Source: Edaphobacter sp. (lineage in GTDB: Bacteria > Acidobacteriota > Terriglobia > Terriglobales > Acidobacteriaceae). From it: a stretch of DNA of 64,000 bases. Location: assembly GCA_965277575.1 (NCBI GenBank), contig CBDIDK010000001.1:177622-241621 (forward strand), given 5' to 3'. Shown piece after piece: positions 45,739 to 54,403 of the stretch. The stretch's first letter is position 1; each line of letters opens with the position of its first letter. The notes under the pieces are model-generated. The model saw only the letters and a list, made by a program, of their open reading frames with translations, searched no databases and was not told the DNA's origin. The translations under genes were made by a program, and so were the position numbers.

Positions 45739-48030
45739 ATGCACGAATTTCCGTTTCGAAAGACCGTAGCCCTCATGGGGCTCGCCGCGATGACGTTCTA
45801 TGGCACGGAGCCCGCCTTTGCGGCGGAAGCGGCTGAAGCGAGGGCCGTATCCATGCGGGGCTACAGCGCTGCGAACGCCGCGCAGGAGAACGAGTGGGAG
45901 CAGAAGTTCCGGCAGATTCCCGATACGGCGCGGCTGCGCGAAAATATGCGCCGTCTTTCGGCACGTCCTCATCACGTCGGCTCGCCCTATGACAAGGACA
46001 ATGCGGAATGGCTGCTGGCACAGTTGAAGAGCTTCGGACTGGATGCGAAGATCGAACAATTCGAAACGCTCTTCCCTACCCCCAAGCACAGGCTCCTGGA
46101 GCTCGACGGGCCGAAGAAGTTTGTCGCCTCGCTGGAGGAGCCGGTACTGAAGATCGATCCAACCTCGGACCAGAAGAAGGAGCAGCTACCTACCTACAAC
46201 GCCTATTCGCGCGATGGCGATGTGCGCGGACCGCTGGTGTATGTGAACTACGGCGCGCCGGCGGACTATGAGCAGTTGGAGCGGATGGGCGTCTCCGTGA
46301 AGGGTGCGATCGTGATTGCGCGCTATGGACAGACGTGGCGCGGGATCAAGCCAAAGGTTGCGGCCGAGCACGGCGCGGTTGGATGCCTCATCTACTCCGA
46401 CCCGCACGAGGATGGGTACTTTCGCGGCGACACCTACCCCGAGGGTCCGATGCGGCCGCCGGAGGGAGCGCAGCGCGGCAGCGTGATGGACATGCCGGTC
46501 TATCCTGGCGATCCGCAGACCCCGGGCGTTGGGGCAGTCCCGGGAGTTAAGCTGATTCCGCTGGACCAGGTGCAGACGATCACGAAGATCCCGGTGATGC
46601 CGATCTCGTACGAGGATGCCAAGCCCTTTCTCGAATCTTTGGGCGGACAACTGGTTCCCGAGAGCTGGCGCGGCGCCCTTCCCATGACCTACAAGACTGG
46701 GCCAAGCACGGCGATTGCCCACCTGTCGCTTCAGTTCAATTGGGATCGCAAGCCCCTCTATGACGTGGTCGCTACCATCCCGGGCAGCAAGCATCCTGAC
46801 GAATGGGTGATCCGCGGCAACCACCACGACGCATGGGTCAACGGAGCGGGCGACCCGATCTCTGGCGCGAGTCCGGAGCTCGAAGAAGCACGGTCGCTGG
46901 GCGAGCTTCTGAAGCAGGGCTGGAAGCCGGATCGAACGATCATCTACTGCTTCTGGGACGGCGAGGAGCCGGCGTTGCTCGGGTCGACTGAATGGGTGGA
47001 GTTTCATGCGGACGATCTGACCAAGCATGCGGTTGCATACTTCAACTCAGACGGCAACGGACGCGGCTACTTCCGGGCGGAGGGATCGCACTCACTCGAA
47101 AACTTCATCAATGAGGTCGCCAAGGACATCACCGATCCCGAGACGAAGATGACTGTCTGGAAGCGGGTGCGGCTGGCCGACATTATGCGAGCCACTCCCG
47201 ACGCTAAAGCCGAGTTGAAGACGCGACCGGATACGCGGATCGGTGCCTTGGGTTCGGGCTCGGACTACACCGCCTTCATCGACCATCTCGGCGTCGCCAG
47301 CGCCAACCTCGGCTATGGCGGAGAGGATCAAGGTGGAGGTCAGTACCACTCCATCTACGACGACTTCTACTGGTACACGCACTTCGAAGATACGGACTTC
47401 AGCTATGGGCGCGCGCTGGCGCAGACCGCCGGAAGCATGATGATGCGGATGGCGGACGCGGATGTCATTCCCTACCAGTTCGGCGACCAGGCGGAGACGG
47501 TACATGGCTATGTCAGCGAGGTGAAAAAACTGGCCACGACCATGCGCGCCGAGGTGAAGGAGCGCAATGAGGAGATCAACGACGGCACCTACAAGGCTGT
47601 TCGGGATCCGAAGCTGCCGCTGATGGTCGCTCCCAAAGTCGAGGCGGTTCCGCCATATCTGAACTTCAGTTCGCTGGACCAGGCCTCGGATGATCTGACG
47701 AGCGCGGCTGCGGCCTACGACAAGGCGTTTACGGCGACCAGGGGTGTCGCGCCTGCCGGTCTCGATGAGCAACTGATCGAGACCGAGCGGACGCTGATCG
47801 ACCCGGAGGGACTGCCGAATCGTCCCTGGTTCAAAAACATGGTCTACGCTCCGGGCTTTTACACAGGTTATGGCGTAAAGACCCTTCCGGCGGCGAGAGA
47901 GGCTATCGAGCAGAAACAATGGAGCGATGCAGGCAGAGAGATCGACCGGACCGCGGCCGCCCTGGAGCGCGAGGCCGATTCGTTGAAGAAAGCGACACAG
48001 ATGCTTGCTCCAGCGGAGGGCGGTCAATAA
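45739..48030 (+). CDS. secreted M28-family glutamate carboxypeptidase II (GCPII/NAALADase/transferrin-receptor)-like protein
   Basis: PA-domain stretch GPLVYVNYGAPADYEQLERMGVSVKGAIVIARYG...RGIKPKVAAEHGAVGCLIYSDP closely parallels human GCPII as I recall it. M28 metal region RGNHHDAWVNGAGDPISG. C-terminal helical dimerisation-type domain. Confidence 0.85.
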   Translation: MHEFPFRKTVALMGLAAMTFYGTEPAFAAEAAEARAVSMRGYSAANAAQENEWEQKFRQIPDTARLRENMRRLSARPHHVGSPYDKDNAEWLLAQLKSFGLDAKIEQFETLFPTPKHRLLELDGPKKFVASLEEPVLKIDPTSDQKKEQLPTYNAYSRDGDVRGPLVYVNYGAPADYEQLERMGVSVKGAIVIARYGQTWRGIKPKVAAEHGAVGCLIYSDPHEDGYFRGDTYPEGPMRPPEGAQRGSVMDMPVYPGDPQTPGVGAVPGVKLIPLDQVQTITKIPVMPISYEDAKPFLESLGGQLVPESWRGALPMTYKTGPSTAIAHLSLQFNWDRKPLYDVVATIPGSKHPDEWVIRGNHHDAWVNGAGDPISGASPELEEARSLGELLKQGWKPDRTIIYCFWDGEEPALLGSTEWVEFHADDLTKHAVAYFNSDGNGRGYFRAEGSHSLENFINEVAKDITDPETKMTVWKRVRLADIMRATPDAKAELKTRPDTRIGALGSGSDYTAFIDHLGVASANLGYGGEDQGGGQYHSIYDDFYWYTHFEDTDFSYGRALAQTAGSMMMRMADADVIPYQFGDQAETVHGYVSEVKKLATTMRAEVKERNEEINDGTYKAVRDPKLPLMVAPKVEAVPPYLNFSSLDQASDDLTSAAAAYDKAFTATRGVAPAGLDEQLIETERTLIDPEGLPNRPWFKNMVYAPGFYTGYGVKTLPAAREAIEQKQWSDAGREIDRTAAALEREADSLKKATQMLAPAEGGQ

Positions 48031-48182
48031 CGCTCAACTCTCGATGAGATATCACAGGCGCCTCGCGGTCTGATTGTAGACAGTAGGTGAGGTGCCAGCG
48101 GAACCGCCTTGTGCGACAGCTCTGCCGCATGCTGTTTGCGATTGCTTCACGGCGATCTGAGATGAACAACGGAGGAGTACGA

Positions 48183-49937
48183 ATGCAGAAGCGGCGTGGA
48201 GTCGAGTTGCGGTTCGGACGTAGTGCGAGAGTTTGCGCGGCAGCGGCACTGGCAATTGGAGTTGTGGGGATGGCAACAGGAACGACAGTGGCCCAGACGG
48301 CTTCATCTCCGTCGCCCGCGGAGGCCGCGAGCTCCGCGACACCGGTGATGCCCGATCCAAATACTCAGGCCAAGCGCGAGTTGATGAAGGAGATCGACGG
48401 ACAGGCCAAGCTGGTTCAGGTAATGATCGATACGATCTACAGCTTCGGCGAGCTCGGCTTTCAGGAGTTCGAGACGTCGAAGTACCTGACTGCGCTGCTC
48501 GAAAAGAACGGTTTCAAGGTAGAGCGCGGGATCGACGGCATCCCAACAGCCTGGATGGCGACGTGGAGCAACGGTTCGGGTGGCCCGACGATTGGTCTCG
48601 GCTCGGACCTGGACTGCATCCCGCAGGCCTCGCAGAAGCCGGGCGTGGCCTATCACGACCCGATCATTCCTGGCGCTCCCGGGCATGGAGAAGGCCACAA
48701 CTCCGGGCAGGCCGTAAACATCGTGGCCGCGCTTGCGGTGAAGAAGATGATGATCGACCGCAAGCTGCCGGGGACGATAAAAATCTGGCCCGGAGTAGCG
48801 GAAGAGTTGCTCGGGTCCAAGGCATACTACGTTCGCGATGGCTACTTCAAAGGTTTCGATGCCGTGCTGTTCTCGCACGTGGGCGACAACCTGGGCGCAT
48901 CGTGGGGCGGCTCTTCCAACAACGGGCTCGTGTCGGTACTATACAGCTTCCATGGAGAGAGCGCACACGCAGCCGGTGCTCCGTGGCGTGGCAAGAGCGC
49001 GCTCGATGCGGTTGAGTTGATGGATGTGGGCTGGCAGTTCCGGCGGGAGCATCTGCGCCTCCAGCAGCGATCCCATTCGGTGATCCCCGATGGCGGCGAC
49101 CAGCCCAATGTCGTGCCGCAACATGCCAGCGTCTGGTACTACTTCCGCGAGGCCGACTACCCGCACATTAAAGACCTGTGGGAGATCGGCGACAAGATGG
49201 CAACCGGCGCAACCTTGATGACAAATACCACATGGGACTCGGCGGTACTGGGCGCAGCGTGGCCCGGTTATTTCAACAAACCTATGGCCGAGGACGCCAC
49301 CATGAATGCGAAGCTCGTCGGTCTGCCCGCGTGGTCTGACGACGACCAGACGCTCGCCAAGGCGCTGCAGAAAGAGTTGAAGGTACCGGAGAAAGGGCTC
49401 GCCGTAAAGCTGGATGAATTGGAAGATCCCCTCGATCCGGAGAAGTTCTATGGCGGCGGCTCGGACGACATCGGCGACGTCTCCTGGGTCACGCCGACGA
49501 TCGTACTGCGGTATCCGTCCAACATCCCGAACCTGCCCGGGCATAACTGGGCCAACGGAATCGCCATGGCGACACCCATCGCGTACAAGGGCGCAATAGC
49601 CGGGGCAAAGGTACAAGCTTTGACCCTGCTGGATCTGATGACGCGGCCGGAGCTTCTCACGCAGGCGAAGGCGTTCTACACGGATGTGCAGACCAAGGAT
49701 ACTAAGTACATGCCTCTGCTGCGGCCGACAGACAAGCCCGCGATCTGGCTCAATAAAGCGACCATGGACAAGTACCGCCCTGAGATGAAGAAGTACTACT
49801 ACGATGCAGCGAAGTATCCGACCTACATGGACCAGCTTGGCATCAAATATCCAACCGTGCGGACGGCTGCGACACCGGCTGCTCCGGCAAAGACCGCAGG
49901 TGATGCGGAGGAGGATGGTGGCGGGTCCTTCGAGTAA
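48183..49937 (+). CDS. secreted M20D-type amidohydrolase (aminobenzoyl-glutamate hydrolase subunit B, AbgB-like)
   Basis: ATG 48183 after GGAGGAG, with a signal peptide. N-terminal IYSFGELGFQEFETSKYL...GFKVERG and GHGEGHNSG metal region, as in AbgB-type M20 enzymes. Confidence 0.7.
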   Translation: MQKRRGVELRFGRSARVCAAAALAIGVVGMATGTTVAQTASSPSPAEAASSATPVMPDPNTQAKRELMKEIDGQAKLVQVMIDTIYSFGELGFQEFETSKYLTALLEKNGFKVERGIDGIPTAWMATWSNGSGGPTIGLGSDLDCIPQASQKPGVAYHDPIIPGAPGHGEGHNSGQAVNIVAALAVKKMMIDRKLPGTIKIWPGVAEELLGSKAYYVRDGYFKGFDAVLFSHVGDNLGASWGGSSNNGLVSVLYSFHGESAHAAGAPWRGKSALDAVELMDVGWQFRREHLRLQQRSHSVIPDGGDQPNVVPQHASVWYYFREADYPHIKDLWEIGDKMATGATLMTNTTWDSAVLGAAWPGYFNKPMAEDATMNAKLVGLPAWSDDDQTLAKALQKELKVPEKGLAVKLDELEDPLDPEKFYGGGSDDIGDVSWVTPTIVLRYPSNIPNLPGHNWANGIAMATPIAYKGAIAGAKVQALTLLDLMTRPELLTQAKAFYTDVQTKDTKYMPLLRPTDKPAIWLNKATMDKYRPEMKKYYYDAAKYPTYMDQLGIKYPTVRTAATPAAPAKTAGDAEEDGGGSFE

Positions 49938-49956
49938 ACAGCCTACACAGAGATGT

Positions 49957-49994
49957 AAAAGAGGGAGACACCGTGGTCGGTGCCTCCCTCTTTT
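49957..49994. terminator. bidirectional intrinsic terminator candidate
   Basis: AAAA-GAGGGAGACACC-gtggtc-GGTGCCTCCCTC-TTTTG. 12-bp stem with one mismatch, A-tract on the left and T-tract on the right. Lies between convergent genes. Confidence 0.6.
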
Positions 49995-50015
49995 GTATGT
50001 ATGTGCGGAATAAAT

Positions 50016-52832
50016 TTACTTCAGTGTGGTCGGGGTGGATGGCCCATAGAGCAGCCCATTGAAGAGCAGCTTGAAGGTCGCGTGGGGCTGGCCACGGAAG
50101 GTGACCTCCGGGCCGTAGAGGATCACTCTTCCCTGCCCCAGTTTGACCTCCGCTACAGCCACGCTGTTGTTGATGTACTGCTGGCCCCATGCCCAGCCGC
50201 TGTCGAGCAGGTTGCCGCTGCCATACCAGGCCACGGTCTGGACACCCTCCTGGGCTGCGTCCGGACTCGGACGAAACGCCGGGCTGCGATCGAAGAACAC
50301 ATCCGTCGAGGTGGGCATGCCAAACGCAATCGGGTTCAGGTTGTCCACCTGCGCGCGGATGAGCGAGCCCGGAATGTAGAAGCGGTCAGGGGGGACCTGC
50401 TGCTCTTTGCCCTTTACGATTTCCGTCACTGCATTCGAGATCGGCAGCTTCAAATACTGGTCCAGGCTAGTGGAACTGCCGATGGCGAGCACCGTTCCGC
50501 CAGCCTCCGCAAAGGCCTTGATGGCTGGGATCGTCTTCTCCGGCGTGATGTGGCCTAGCCACGGGCGGAACTCCGCAGGGATCGTCTCCGGCTTGGGTTG
50601 ATTGGAGTTGAGCGCTCCGCCGGCGAGACCATCGCGGCCCGGCATGTTGATGGCGCCATCGGAAAACACCAGATCGTCGAAGCTGGCCTTGAGATTACCC
50701 GCGTCGAGCGTCTGTGGATAGACAACCGTGAAGGGAAACTCGAACTGCTCGAACAGCCAGCGAATCCAGCCGGACGGCATCAATCCACCATACTGGTCAT
50801 ACAAAGCGATCCGCTCCGGGTGAAGCTGAATTGCCTCGCCCGCGGGCGCGTGTGGCAGCGCGACAGCGTTGATGCCAAGCTGGCGCGTCGCGGTCTCTAG
50901 CAGCGCACGCGATCCAGACGATGCGGGAATCCAGATAGCGCCAGCGGCAAACGATTTGCCCGCGGCGGTGGTTGGCTTGCTCAACCAATAGACAGGGAGC
51001 TGCGCCTTCAGCAGACGGTTGGTCAGCGTGAAGGCATCGTTGTACTCATGGCTGACAAGGTACCCAGCGGCTTTCGTGGGACCTTCAATCTTGCCGGGAA
51101 GAGGCGACGCCAGCTCCGTTGTGATCGGCGCGAACGGACCGGTGAAACCGTCCAGAACACGGTCGAACTTCACCCCCATCTGAAATGCAAGCGTCCATCC
51201 CGTAGCGTCGTAGGGCCGGGTTGGAGGACCGCCGGGATACGGGAAGTCGTTCGGGTGGTCCTGTGGCTCGAACATATCGAGCACCTGCGGACGGTAGGCC
51301 TGCGCGGCCATCACAACATACGAGCCGGTGGGGTAATGCTTGCCTTCCACGGTGAAGTCGGAGGTCGCCTGCTCGATCGTCACCCCGCTCTTCAGAAGCG
51401 CATTGACGAACTTGGTCGCTGTCGCGAAGTCGGGCTGATCGGAGGGAAGAATGTAACCGCGAGCGTCACGTTTTGCGGGATCGTGCAGCACCTTGGCGTA
51501 CAGGCTGGAGGGTACAGTCGGCGTATTGTCATACGACGGACGAGCGCTGTCGTCGGCTTTTTCCTTGCTGGCTGCGGCGTCCGCTTCGAGCGCCGTGATG
51601 CGCTTCGGCGTGATCGTCCACGAGTCCTTGCTGCCCCGTTCAATCGAATTGCGGGCCATCTCATACGTGTCATACAGCAGATGCTCCCGTTCCCTGGAGG
51701 CATAGTCGAGCACCGCGCGGTTGTTGGTCTGCTCATACGCGATGGACTGGCTATAGTGCCAGATCTGCGGCGCCACCGGAAAGGGCAGGTCGTTGCTCGG
51801 TAGTTGCTTCGAAGGCACAAGCGGGAGAGGCATCGGATTCGGGCTGCCAATGATCTCCGTGAGCAGTCCGGTCATGTTGTGGAAGTAGGTCACCGTGCGC
51901 AGACCGCCGTTGTACCAGGTGGAGTAGTTAGCCCCGCTGCGCATCGTCGACCCCGGCTTCCCTTCTTCGATCAGGCGTTCGTGCATCGCCGTACCCACCG
52001 CCTGGATCTTCATCGGAATCAGCGGATCGTAGGTGTAATTGTTCGGGTCGCGGAACGGCGGCATGAAGATGACAGTGCCGACCGGGCCAGTCTGGTGGTG
52101 GTTGTACATGATCTGCGGGTACCACTCGCGGAAGAGCACGCGGCTGATGTTGATGGTCTCGGGCATGGCATTCAGATAAAAGTCGCGGTTATTGTCGTGT
52201 CCGACATACTTCTGCCACAGGCGCGGCACCCCAGCGGCGTAGCCATCGAAAACACGCTTCTCCGGGACCGGCTCACGCATGTACCAGTTGGCGACAAGGT
52301 CCATCCCATCCGGGTTGTCGAGCACGCACAGAGCGATATCGTCATGCAGAAAGCGCATCATCTCGGGGTCGGTCTTCGAGGTCAACTCGTACACCGTCTC
52401 GATGATCTGCTGCGAGCCCACGGTCTCCGAGGCATGAAGTCCGCCGTCGATCCACACAACCGCGCGGCCTTCCTCCGCGAGCGCATGGGCCTGCTCATCG
52501 GTGAGTCCTTCCGCGTGTGCCAGCTTGGCCGAGATCTCCTTGTAATGATCCAGCTTGGCGATATTTTCGGGCGACGAGATGATGGCCATGTACTGTCGGC
52601 GGCCCTCAGCGGTAGGTCCGATGTCCACCAGTTTCATGCGGTCGGACTCTTTGGCGAGCGTCTGCCAGTAGGCGGTGAGCTGCTTGTAATTCGCGATGTG
52701 GTAGTCGTCTCCAATGTTGAAGCCGAACATCTCTTTAAACGTAGTGATCTTGCGCGTATCTTGCGCGAAAACCGGTATGGCGGTGAGCAGAGCGAGAGCA
52801 GGAACAAGCAGGCGGGATAGAGACTTTTGCAT
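50016..52832 (-). CDS. large secreted M14-family zinc carboxypeptidase-like protein (M14-B, 938 aa)
   Basis: Signal peptide MQKSLSRLLVPALALLTAIPVFAQD. HxxE motif in GGLHASETVG. Same overall architecture as M14-A. Confidence 0.75.
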   Translation of the reverse strand: MQKSLSRLLVPALALLTAIPVFAQDTRKITTFKEMFGFNIGDDYHIANYKQLTAYWQTLAKESDRMKLVDIGPTAEGRRQYMAIISSPENIAKLDHYKEISAKLAHAEGLTDEQAHALAEEGRAVVWIDGGLHASETVGSQQIIETVYELTSKTDPEMMRFLHDDIALCVLDNPDGMDLVANWYMREPVPEKRVFDGYAAGVPRLWQKYVGHDNNRDFYLNAMPETINISRVLFREWYPQIMYNHHQTGPVGTVIFMPPFRDPNNYTYDPLIPMKIQAVGTAMHERLIEEGKPGSTMRSGANYSTWYNGGLRTVTYFHNMTGLLTEIIGSPNPMPLPLVPSKQLPSNDLPFPVAPQIWHYSQSIAYEQTNNRAVLDYASREREHLLYDTYEMARNSIERGSKDSWTITPKRITALEADAAASKEKADDSARPSYDNTPTVPSSLYAKVLHDPAKRDARGYILPSDQPDFATATKFVNALLKSGVTIEQATSDFTVEGKHYPTGSYVVMAAQAYRPQVLDMFEPQDHPNDFPYPGGPPTRPYDATGWTLAFQMGVKFDRVLDGFTGPFAPITTELASPLPGKIEGPTKAAGYLVSHEYNDAFTLTNRLLKAQLPVYWLSKPTTAAGKSFAAGAIWIPASSGSRALLETATRQLGINAVALPHAPAGEAIQLHPERIALYDQYGGLMPSGWIRWLFEQFEFPFTVVYPQTLDAGNLKASFDDLVFSDGAINMPGRDGLAGGALNSNQPKPETIPAEFRPWLGHITPEKTIPAIKAFAEAGGTVLAIGSSTSLDQYLKLPISNAVTEIVKGKEQQVPPDRFYIPGSLIRAQVDNLNPIAFGMPTSTDVFFDRSPAFRPSPDAAQEGVQTVAWYGSGNLLDSGWAWGQQYINNSVAVAEVKLGQGRVILYGPEVTFRGQPHATFKLLFNGLLYGPSTPTTLK

Positions 52833-52899
52833 CGCTGGCGGATCTCCTTGAAGTACGGGTGAGCAGTGCGGGTACGTGAGGAGTTTCGGAAGTACAGAG

Positions 52900-53961
52900 C
52901 TATTTGGCGGACGAAGCGGGGTGGAGGTAACCGGCTAGGAAGACATAAATCTCATGCCTCGATTCGAGCGCAAGGGGCGTATCGGTGCGATTGAAGTAGT
53001 GGCCTCCCGGCGCGTTCTCGTAGACCTTGTAGTCGAACTTCTTACCCTCCGCCTTGAACGCCTGGATCAGGTGTTCGACCTCGAGGTAGTTCACGTCTTC
53101 GTCATTTGTGTTGGTGTGGACCAGAAGCGGCGTGTCCAGCTCCTTCGCATGGGTGACGGGAGAACGCTTGCGGTATTCGGCAATAGCATCCCGCACGCTC
53201 TCGCCGATGTGATACGGCGCGGAGTAAAGCTGCCGATACGCCTCATTTTCGTAGCCCATGCGCGCTACCAGGTCGCTCACCGGAACGCCCGCATACGCGC
53301 AGGCATAGTCGTGCGGGTGCGCGAAGATGTTCATCAGCGTGATCAGGCCGCCGTGGCTCCAGCCGACGATGCCGACCCGCTTGGGATCGAGGAACGAATA
53401 TCGCCCAAGCATCCACTGCATTCCGAGATAGACGTCGTCCACCTCGCGTCCGCCATAGTCGATCTCTTCGTAAAAGCCCTGGCCATACCCTGTACTGCCA
53501 CGGTAATCGGTAGCGACGACCGGATATCCCTGCTCGACAAGCTCCCGGATCAGGTGCGCGTCGATCGAGGTGTCGAGCGAGGCATGGACCCCCTGATGAA
53601 CGAACACAATCAATGGCTGCTTGCGCGAACGATCGAGGTTCTTCGGAATGAATGTATAGGCGTGCAGCAGGATGGGATTGGTCGCACCCGGAGCCTTGGG
53701 ATCGCGCGGATGCACCGGCGGCGGCCCCGTGTACTCGCTCTTATCTACCTCCGCGATGTCGCCCAGCTTCTGATACCAAAGCAGGTCATCCACCTTCTTC
53801 AGCACCTGGTCTACGCCGAAGTTGGGCGAGCCAAAGGGCTGCGCTGCCGGGCTCGGCGCCGTCGCTGGAGTCGATGGCCGTGCGGGCTCCTGCGCTCGCG
53901 CGGCAACGCTGATCGCTGCCAGCGCGAGAACCAGAAAAGCCCGGTAAGAGTAAATCGTCAT
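52900..53961 (-). CDS. secreted S9-type (prolyl oligopeptidase/dipeptidyl-peptidase-like) alpha/beta hydrolase, catalytic domain only
   Basis: ATG 53961 gives a signal peptide ending AARAQEP. Nucleophile elbow GWSHGG. Downstream acid/His regions (HTNTNDEDV, PGGHYF). Confidence 0.7.
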   Translation of the reverse strand: MTIYSYRAFLVLALAAISVAARAQEPARPSTPATAPSPAAQPFGSPNFGVDQVLKKVDDLLWYQKLGDIAEVDKSEYTGPPPVHPRDPKAPGATNPILLHAYTFIPKNLDRSRKQPLIVFVHQGVHASLDTSIDAHLIRELVEQGYPVVATDYRGSTGYGQGFYEEIDYGGREVDDVYLGMQWMLGRYSFLDPKRVGIVGWSHGGLITLMNIFAHPHDYACAYAGVPVSDLVARMGYENEAYRQLYSAPYHIGESVRDAIAEYRKRSPVTHAKELDTPLLVHTNTNDEDVNYLEVEHLIQAFKAEGKKFDYKVYENAPGGHYFNRTDTPLALESRHEIYVFLAGYLHPASSAK

Positions 53962-54403
53962 CCATGCTCGTTGCAAAAGAAAGCTCCTTCTTGCGTGTGC
54001 TGCGAGCTGCGGTGTTACAGCGGGAACCGATGCGCAATACGTCAGGGAGTGCGCTACGCACCGAGACATATACAAAATCGAATACGCGAAAGGTTGTTGT
54101 CTGCATGATGAATTTTTTATTGTTATTTTGCAAATGATTTGTTACTGTCTTTCTATTCCTGAACAAGAAACCAGTTTTGCTCCTCACTGAAACGCTGTAT
54201 GGCTTTGCTCTACCCGCAACGCTCTACCTATATTTGCAAAGTGATCAGCAGAGTGCTGTCGATTCTGTTGCGTACCCGGAAGAGTTCCAGCTTCCGGAAG
54301 CCCTGTCATCTTTCGAAGATCTCAACGTACTCGGCCCGCGCTGGCGTCCTCATGCGCGGCTGGACATCTGCACTTCAAAATGCACCTCTCAGGAGCCATA
54401 CGC

